DNA of 64,000 bases from Patescibacteria group bacterium (GTDB taxonomy: Bacteria; Patescibacteriota; Dojkabacteria; J137): contig CAUJCN010000001.1 in assembly GCA_963169855.1 (NCBI GenBank), positions 81,828 through 145,827 on the forward strand. The letters run 5' to 3'. Numbering within the stretch: position 1 is the stretch's first letter; the number at the start of each line of letters is the position of its first letter. Below the pieces are notes generated by a model. The model had not been told where the DNA came from and did no database searches. It saw nothing but the letters and a program-made list of their open reading frames with translations. The position numbers and the translations under genes are program-made. This document shows, one piece after another, positions 57,558 to 64,000 of the stretch.

Positions 57558-60500
57558 TCGCATTCTTTGCACAGAGGATAATCTTCACTTCCATTAAACT
57601 CTAAATTCAAGATTCTTGAGTAAACATCAGTAATTTTTTCTTTCAAGGTTGATACATCTTCTGAAAGAATTGGTAAGGAAACTTTTACGTATTTCCCATC
57701 CTTCTTCTTCAAGAAATCGACGCAAGCTTCCTGAATAATGTATTTTCTTCCTGTTTGAGATCCAAACGATTGATCCAAGTCACCCATTAATTTATAGAAA
57801 ACAAGCTGATTGAAGATTCCTCCTTCTGAATTTTTTGTGTTCCCTCGGATTTCATTTTCAGTTTTAGGGGATGATGTTTTGTAATCGATAACTCGTACAA
57901 AGTAGCTTCCATCGGAGTTTTGAGCGATTTCTTCAATCTTATCAATCTTTCCTGTTAGTGGAATTGAAAGATTACCTTCTGTCATCACAACATTTTTGAT
58001 TCCAAAGTTGTACTCGACTTCCAGTGGAGAAACAAATTCTAATTCATAGTTTTTATAATATTCTTCCAGAATCAGTTTTCCTTCTTCTAAAATCTCTTTA
58101 TAAACTTCTTTATAAACTAATTGCGCTTTCAGACTTCGTTCAAGTTCATAAATCAAAAAATCCAACTGTCGTTTTTCTCCGGATTTAAGAATTCTGAAGA
58201 AACTTTCCAACGCACTGTGAACTGCAGTTCCCAAAACCAAACTTTTCTCAAATGGTTCTGGAATCTGAAGTATTCTTCTGTATAAAAATTTCTTTGGGCA
58301 TTCGATGTATTCATTCAAAGCTGAAGCTGATAATTTGAACTTCTCGATTTCTTTGCTAATAAATGCTTTTGATTTGTCAGATTCCAAAGTGATTTTCTCG
58401 TTATTCTTTTGTTTTAAAAGTGTTTCTTTCGTAATTTCGATAAGACCTTCCGTTCCAACTTTGCTCAGATATTTATTATCAATCTCAAAAATAAATTGAG
58501 ATGGATTCTTTTCTTTAGCATCGTTATCTGTTTGGTAAACTTTAGAATATGAAATGTAAACTCTTTGTTTTGCTCTCGTAAGCGCAACATAAAATAACCG
58601 TCTTTCGTCCTCTGATGATGAATCTGTCTCGACTAAATTTGTTTCGGTTACTTTGTCTGATCGGAAGAAGATTTCTTTTGGCAATTTAATAAGCTTTCGA
58701 TCAATTTGGTTTCCCCATTTCTTATCTACGCAATTTATTATAAATACGTGTTCAAATTCCAACCCCTTGGAAGAGTGTGCTGTTCTTAAAACTACAGCTT
58801 CTTTTTTTGTGTCCAACTGTGGTTCAGCGATTGAAATATGATTTTCCTTCATCAGTTCTAGGTCTTGAATAAGCTCTTCCACTGTCATTTCTGGGACAAC
58901 TCGATTCAAAGAACGAACATATTTAAGTAGTGCAGAGAAAGAGTTCACATCCTCCAAAGAGAATTCGTCTTCTTTTAAAAGATACTTAGCAAATCCGATA
59001 TCGTGCGAAAATTGATGTAAAATATTGTATAGAGTATCGTTTCTAATCTGTTTGCTGTAAGCATAAACTTGGTTCAAGAATACTTCAATCTTTTCAAACG
59101 AATTGAATTTAGCTTTATCCTCATCAGACATCACTTTAACAAGTTCCATGAAAGACTTTCTTAGTTCTTTTCTTAGTTTGTTGAACATGAATAAATCAAA
59201 TTCGTCTACCTCTAGGAAATTAAAATTCAGAGCATTGAATAGTGCATTATCGTAATCAGCTGTTGAATCTACATTTAAAAGTTTGATTAGAGTTATGAAT
59301 TGCCTTACAATTTTCTCATCTAGTGCATTTCCGCCTCTTTGTAAATCAAAAGGAATCTTAGCTTCTTCAAGCAATTCAACTACTTCTTCTGAATCTTTAT
59401 TGTTTCTAAAGATGATAGAAATATCAGATGGTTTTGCTCCACGTCTGAGAATATCCTTGATTTTGTTAACTATCCAAAGATTCTCAAAGTCGTTATTTGC
59501 AAATTCATACACTTCGATTGGAAGGTTTTCTTCCGTACTAGCTGCTACAAGTTTCTTATCAATTTCCGGAATCAGTTTTGAAAGTCGATTATTATTATGA
59601 TCAATTAAAGACGAAGACGCGTCTAAAACTAATTGAGTTGAACGATAGTTCTTTGTGATAGCGATTGGCTTTACACCTTCGAACATTGTAGTAAAGTCCA
59701 AAAGATTCTGAACATTTGCTCCTTGAAAACGGTAGATAGCTTGATCATCATCTCCCACTGCAAAAATGTTTGGCGATTTATCAAACGAACCTAAAAGTTG
59801 AATGATTTTATTCTGAGATCCATTTGTATCCTGATATTCATCTACTAAAATATATTGAAACTTTTCTTGATAGTTTGCTAGCAGAGTATCGTCTTCCTCA
59901 AAAGCCTTAATAACAAAAAGGATCATGTCTTCGTAATCGTAAAGTCCTTCTTGTTCCAAAGTTTCTACATAAAGTTTGTAGATTAGTGCAACTTCTGTAT
60001 TTTTCTGAGCAGCTTCAAATTCCTTATTCCAATCAGCTGTTGGCTTGCCAGTCTTTTTGTTGAGTCTTGGATTGTTTTTTACAATCTCATAAATTTCTTG
60101 AGTTAATTTTATAAAGTCATCAGCAAAAACGCCTTCCATTTTTAAGGTTTTGAAAGAGTCGAGTAGAGCACCTTGATATTTGTATTTTTCGTAAAACGGT
60201 CTTATTTTGTAGCCACCTTCTTTTTCTGGAAGCTCATCTAGTATTTGTTTTATGATTTTCACTCTAGTTAAATCATCAAGTCTACTAAGTTCTTTAACTT
60301 TGATAAACTTTTCTGGGAAAGTTCCAATTACTTCGTTACAAAAACTATGATAAGTATGAAGTCGTACATTGTAAGCGTCTGCTCCAATGAATGTTGTTAG
60401 TCTTTGTCGCATTGCTGCAACTCCAGCTTCTGAATAAGTTAAACATAAAATATTTTGAGGCGAAGCATCTGTTGTTTGTAGAATATTTGCAATTCTTAAT

Positions 60501-60649
60501 GCAAGCATCTGAGTTTTTCCTGTTCCTGGACCTGCAATAACTAACACTGGACCTTGTAATGTGTTTACTGCAAGCTTTTGTTGTTCGTTTAATTTGGAGA
60601 TTGCTGTTTCTAAATCTGTCATACTAGAAAAAAGGATTCCACTTTCCAC
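57539..60649 (-). CDS. UvrD/PcrA-family SF1 helicase fused to a C-terminal RecB/Cas4-like PD-(D/E)xK nuclease domain with a Cys cluster (AddA/AddB-like single-chain helicase–nuclease)
   Basis: 'LNEQQKLAVNTLQGPVLVIAGPGTGKTQM' is Walker A. 'VDEYQDTN' is motif II. The C-terminal domain has 'EYIECPKKFLY...' and ends in 'DYPLCKECDYCSLG', a Cys4 Fe-S-type cluster. Confidence 0.75.
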   Translation of the reverse strand: MESGILFSSMTDLETAISKLNEQQKLAVNTLQGPVLVIAGPGTGKTQMLALRIANILQTTDASPQNILCLTYSEAGVAAMRQRLTTFIGADAYNVRLHTYHSFCNEVIGTFPEKFIKVKELSRLDDLTRVKIIKQILDELPEKEGGYKIRPFYEKYKYQGALLDSFKTLKMEGVFADDFIKLTQEIYEIVKNNPRLNKKTGKPTADWNKEFEAAQKNTEVALIYKLYVETLEQEGLYDYEDMILFVIKAFEEDDTLLANYQEKFQYILVDEYQDTNGSQNKIIQLLGSFDKSPNIFAVGDDDQAIYRFQGANVQNLLDFTTMFEGVKPIAITKNYRSTQLVLDASSSLIDHNNNRLSKLIPEIDKKLVAASTEENLPIEVYEFANNDFENLWIVNKIKDILRRGAKPSDISIIFRNNKDSEEVVELLEEAKIPFDLQRGGNALDEKIVRQFITLIKLLNVDSTADYDNALFNALNFNFLEVDEFDLFMFNKLRKELRKSFMELVKVMSDEDKAKFNSFEKIEVFLNQVYAYSKQIRNDTLYNILHQFSHDIGFAKYLLKEDEFSLEDVNSFSALLKYVRSLNRVVPEMTVEELIQDLELMKENHISIAEPQLDTKKEAVVLRTAHSSKGLEFEHVFIINCVDKKWGNQIDRKLIKLPKEIFFRSDKVTETNLVETDSSSEDERRLFYVALTRAKQRVYISYSKVYQTDNDAKEKNPSQFIFEIDNKYLSKVGTEGLIEITKETLLKQKNNEKITLESDKSKAFISKEIEKFKLSASALNEYIECPKKFLYRRILQIPEPFEKSLVLGTAVHSALESFFRILKSGEKRQLDFLIYELERSLKAQLVYKEVYKEILEEGKLILEEYYKNYELEFVSPLEVEYNFGIKNVVMTEGNLSIPLTGKIDKIEEIAQNSDGSYFVRVIDYKTSSPKTENEIRGNTKNSEGGIFNQLVFYKLMGDLDQSFGSQTGRKYIIQEACVDFLKKKDGKYVKVSLPILSEDVSTLKEKITDVYSRILNLEFNGSEDYPLCKECDYCSLG

Positions 60650-61067
60650 CTCTAAAAACCCTCTCTAGTTCTTCAGATGTCGCTTGATTAGGGTAAAGAT
60701 CGGCAACTATAACATTTCCTTGGGTGAAATTTAGTTGACCTGCAGTTCCATCAAACGCAAATCGTTCACCAGTTGGAAGCTCTACGACACCAACAACATG
60801 CTCCATATTCAACTCCGAATTACGAATATTTGAGTATGGTGCTGCAATCCAAAGACTAGCCCTGGCATCTGTATGCTCGTTAATCCACAAAGCTATTTCT
60901 CCATTTATTTTTCTACAAAGTTTGGAATCTCCGTTTCTTAAGTTAAAATAATTTCTACCACGAATAAATTCAGCAACTTGTTTCAATTCTTCCGCTGTAG
61001 TTACATCTCTTATGCTAGGTTCTACCAAATTGGATTGTACCGCTCTGTTTTGTAGGAAAATACTCAT
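60624..61067 (-). CDS. Hypothetical protein (147 aa) overlapping the helicase–nuclease start
   Basis: Intact ORF with a 26-nt overlap with the downstream helicase gene. Confidence 0.4.
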   Translation of the reverse strand: MSIFLQNRAVQSNLVEPSIRDVTTAEELKQVAEFIRGRNYFNLRNGDSKLCRKINGEIALWINEHTDARASLWIAAPYSNIRNSELNMEHVVGVVELPTGERFAFDGTAGQLNFTQGNVIVADLYPNQATSEELERVFRGGKWNPFF

Positions 61068-61110
61068 AGAAGTATTATAACCCTAAAGACAAGAATGCTG
61101 AATATAGAAA

Positions 61111-61156
61111 AGATCCCGCATTATGGTTCGACATGCTAACCATGACAGCGGGATCT
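61111..61156 (-). terminator. Rho-independent terminator of fusA (nested hairpin)
   Basis: Outer stem agatcccgc/gcgggatct enclosing an inner stem atggtt/aaccat. On the minus-strand RNA it is followed by UUUUCUAUAUU. Confidence 0.5.
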
Positions 61157-61177
61157 TCAATGCAAATTCTAATTCTA

Positions 61178-63331
61178 TTATTTAGCAGCTGTTCCTAATA
61201 CTTTTTCCATAATATTTCTTGGAACTTCAGCGTAGTGACTTGGTTCCATGTTTCCTGCAGCTGTTCCGGATGTTAGGTTTCTTAAGTCAGAAATATATCC
61301 AAACAATTCTCCTAATGGTGCCTCTGCAATGATTTCCTTTGTTTTTCCTCTTTGTAGAAGATTTTTGATAATTCCTCTTCTAGAAGATAAGTATCCTGTA
61401 ACAGCTCCAACGTGTTCTTCAGGAGCATTAATTATAACCTTCATGATAGGTTCTAATAATACTGGGCTACAAACTTTCATAGCGTTCTTAATTCCGTAGT
61501 AAGCACAAGATTTAAATGTATCTGTGTTTGAGTCAACGTCGTGGTAAGTACCGTCAGTAATCTCAGCCTCGATATCAACAACTGGGAATCCTCCTAAAGG
61601 TCCAGCAGTAATAGAATCTTGGAATCCTTTGTCGATAGCAGGAATATATTCTCTTGGAATAGCTCCTCCTCTAATTGAGTCAACAAATTTGTATCCTTGT
61701 CCTCTTTCTCTTGGTCTTAGAGTAATGTCAATATCTGCATATTGTCCAGCTCCTCCAGATTGCTTCTTTAATAATTCTCTATGTCTTCCTTCTGCTGTGA
61801 TTGTTTCTCTGTAAGCTACTTGAGGTGCTCCAACAGTTACTTCGATTCCGTACTCTCTCTTTAGAATGTCAATCTTGATGTCCAAGTGAAGTTCTCCAAC
61901 TCCAGCTATGATAACTTGACCAGTTTCCTTATCAGTTTCAAATTTGAATGTTGGGTCTTCTGAAGATAGTTTTGCTAAAGCTTCAGATAGTTTTTCTTGG
62001 TCAGATTTTGTCTTAGGTTCAATAGCGAATCTTACAACTGGCTCTGGGAAGTCAATTCCTTCTAAAACCATTGGAGATTTTTCATCAGAGATTGTTTCTC
62101 CAGTTCTTGTATCTTTAAATCCTACGATCGCTGCAATATCTCCAGCTTTCACTTCTTTAACTTCCTCTCTGTGGTTAGCGTGCATCAAAATGATTCTACC
62201 AACTCTTTCCTTGATGTCTTTTGTACTGTTGTAAACATAACTTCCAGCCTGTAATTTTCCTGAGTAAACTCTAAAGAATGCCAAGTTTCCTACATGTGGG
62301 TCTACAGCAAGTTTGAATACCAATCCTGTGAATGGTTCAGCATCGCTCAAACCTCTTTCCATGAATTCTCCAGTTTCTGGGTTCATACCTGGAACTTTTC
62401 CTTTAACTGAATGTTCTTCAGAAGTTTGTGGATCTTCGTAAGTATTGTACTTATCATGAGGTGAAGGCAAGTATCTACAAACGTTATCCAACATAGCCTG
62501 AACTCCCTTATTCTTAAGAGATGATCCTGCCATAACTGGGAACAATTTAGATTCTAGAACTGCAGTTCTTACTCCAGCTTCAAGTTCTTCATTTGTAATT
62601 TCTTGTCCTTCTAGGTATTTATTTGCAATATTGTCGTCTGCATCTGCAACAACTTCGATAAGCTTGTTTCTCCATTCTGTCGCTTTCTCTTTGTAAGCAT
62701 CTGTAACTGGATGAACATCGATATTCTTTCCTTCGTCGTCTAAGTGAATTCTTTCTTCCATTCTTACCAAGTCAACAATTCCCTTGAATTCATTTTCTAC
62801 ACCAACAGGAATTGAAATTGGAACTGCTTTGTCAGATAGGTGGTCAACAATTGAAGCGTATGATTTATAGAAGTCTGCTCCAATATTATCCAATTTATTG
62901 ATGTAACACATTCTTGGAACCTTGTACTTTTCTGCTTGGAACCAAACTTTTCCAGACTGAGGTTCAACTCCCATCTTTCCGTCGAATACAACGATAGCTC
63001 CGTCAAGAACTCTAAGAGATCTTTCTACTTCCGCTGTAAAGTCAACGTGACCTGGTGTATCGATAATGTTGATTCTATATGGTTGATTATTATATTCCCA
63101 GAAAGCTGTTGTAGCTGCAGATTGAATAGTAATTCCTCTTTCTCTTTCCTGATCCATGAAGTCCATTTCTGCTGCTCCTTCGTGAACCTCTCCTAATTTG
63201 TGTTTTCTTCCTGTGAAGAAAAGAATTCTCTCTGTAGTTGTAGTTTTACCAGCATCTACGTGAGCGATGATACCTATATTTCTATAGAACTTGGTGTCTT
63301 TCACCTTGGTGTAGTCAATTACGCCTGCCAT
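61178..63331 (-). CDS. fusA: Elongation factor G
   Basis: 'YRNIGIIAHVDAGKTTTTERILFFTG' and 'DTPGHVDFTAEVERSLRVLDGA' G-domain motifs. 717 aa with the five-domain EF-G architecture. Confidence 0.9.
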   Translation of the reverse strand: MAGVIDYTKVKDTKFYRNIGIIAHVDAGKTTTTERILFFTGRKHKLGEVHEGAAEMDFMDQERERGITIQSAATTAFWEYNNQPYRINIIDTPGHVDFTAEVERSLRVLDGAIVVFDGKMGVEPQSGKVWFQAEKYKVPRMCYINKLDNIGADFYKSYASIVDHLSDKAVPISIPVGVENEFKGIVDLVRMEERIHLDDEGKNIDVHPVTDAYKEKATEWRNKLIEVVADADDNIANKYLEGQEITNEELEAGVRTAVLESKLFPVMAGSSLKNKGVQAMLDNVCRYLPSPHDKYNTYEDPQTSEEHSVKGKVPGMNPETGEFMERGLSDAEPFTGLVFKLAVDPHVGNLAFFRVYSGKLQAGSYVYNSTKDIKERVGRIILMHANHREEVKEVKAGDIAAIVGFKDTRTGETISDEKSPMVLEGIDFPEPVVRFAIEPKTKSDQEKLSEALAKLSSEDPTFKFETDKETGQVIIAGVGELHLDIKIDILKREYGIEVTVGAPQVAYRETITAEGRHRELLKKQSGGAGQYADIDITLRPRERGQGYKFVDSIRGGAIPREYIPAIDKGFQDSITAGPLGGFPVVDIEAEITDGTYHDVDSNTDTFKSCAYYGIKNAMKVCSPVLLEPIMKVIINAPEEHVGAVTGYLSSRRGIIKNLLQRGKTKEIIAEAPLGELFGYISDLRNLTSGTAAGNMEPSHYAEVPRNIMEKVLGTAAK

Positions 63332-63446
63332 AAATTATTTATAAAATCTTTAAATATTGAAATTAATAGTCTTTGAAACGTGTCTTATTATATTGAAAAA
63401 CAAGGGATTTAGCAAGAGAGGAAGGGTTTTGAATGATCAAAAAAAG

Positions 63447-63821
63447 CTAAACAAACCTTATCTCGAATCCAAACATTCCCATACTACAAGAAGCACTTAC
63501 AGTGGCTCCCTTTTCTTGCGGCAGTAATTGAACTTCGGTTTCGCCAGTTACTGGCAAATACTTTTGGTATTTAATTGAAGGAATGAATAGAGCTGCGGAG
63601 CAATCTAAAGTATTATTGGTCTTGATTTTCAAAATAGTTGGAACTCCAGCCTTTGCTTCTGTGATTGCTGGGGAATAGCCATTTTTAGCAAATACCTCGA
63701 CAACTTGGAAGTTACCCTGAGTCTTAGCATAAGCATATGCTGATTCCGAGTTTTTTGACACAATAAGGAAACCTGCAATCAATGCTAACGTTACTGGTAC
63801 AAGATAAATGAGATTCTTCAT
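63447..63821 (-). CDS. Hypothetical small secreted protein (124 aa)
   Basis: 'MKNLIYLVPVTLALIAGFLIVS' is a signal-peptide-like N-terminus. Confidence 0.45.
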   Translation of the reverse strand: MKNLIYLVPVTLALIAGFLIVSKNSESAYAYAKTQGNFQVVEVFAKNGYSPAITEAKAGVPTILKIKTNNTLDCSAALFIPSIKYQKYLPVTGETEVQLLPQEKGATVSASCSMGMFGFEIRFV

Positions 63822-64000
63822 GACTATATTACTCTAAGTAAATCCTTTTATTACTATAATATCACCTAAAGAACGTTTGTCATAACTGGATATTTGAACA
63901 ATAAGAAATCATACTGTAAAGTGTATAAAAAAAGTTCATCTAATTTTGATTTTTGAGATTTGATTTTTTGAATTTTAAATTATTATGTACTATACGAAAG

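Noticed and set aside
1-64000. Alternative genetic code (UGA recoded, as in some CPR lineages).
   Set aside because: Very long ORFs (up to 3532 codons) and all recognisable housekeeping genes are intact under the standard code. At least one small ORF appears to terminate with TGA. There is no evidence for recoding.

Overview
This is a low-GC, AT-rich bacterial chromosomal window. It carries housekeeping genes on both strands: a cold-shock protein, MsrA, a HemW-like radical-SAM protein, MetRS, GatC, a β-CASP MBL ribonuclease, RnpA, Mfd, TypA/BipA, a DUF72 protein, a PIG-L deacetylase, CysRS, a UvrD-like helicase–nuclease fusion, EF-G and one tRNA-Arg(UCG). There are also many lineage-specific hypothetical proteins. 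The gene content and compactness resemble a reduced-genome (CPR/Patescibacteria-like) bacterium; that attribution is inference only. The outstanding feature is a minus-strand surface-fibre locus of about 25 kb, from roughly 2.8 kb to 27.6 kb. It contains three tandem giant genes of 1304, 1760 and 3532 aa. Each encodes an N-terminal signal-anchor TM helix and a large repetitive Gly/Thr/Ser/Asn-rich ectodomain. The ectodomains contain Cys-pair modules, 'TLDDAYDFGGPGAGR' module repeats and, in the 3532-aa protein, 14-residue YadA-head-like 'NSTAFG' repeats. Each protein also ends in a phage tail-fibre-type C-terminal intramolecular chaperone (peptidase S74-like) domain followed by a coiled coil and a conserved terminal β domain. 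Each giant gene is preceded by a small single-TM peptide gene whose stop overlaps the giant gene's start codon. These three paralogues, which I found by reading the sequence, fall below the ORF-track length cut-off. The locus also carries three small accessory proteins and two paralogous polytopic GT-C-like membrane proteins. A VIT-family transporter and a DUF1295 membrane protein lie at its edge. A DsbB-like thiol oxidase lies about 6 kb away. Other observations include a 43-bp direct repeat that duplicates a promoter-like element upstream of a five-gene hypothetical operon. Both class-I aminoacyl-tRNA synthetases in the window have degenerate HIGH/KMSKS motifs. rnpA has no rpmH upstream, and fusA stands alone outside a str operon. 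Several rho-independent terminators are present. No CRISPR array, integrase/transposase, reverse transcriptase or prophage structural module is visible.
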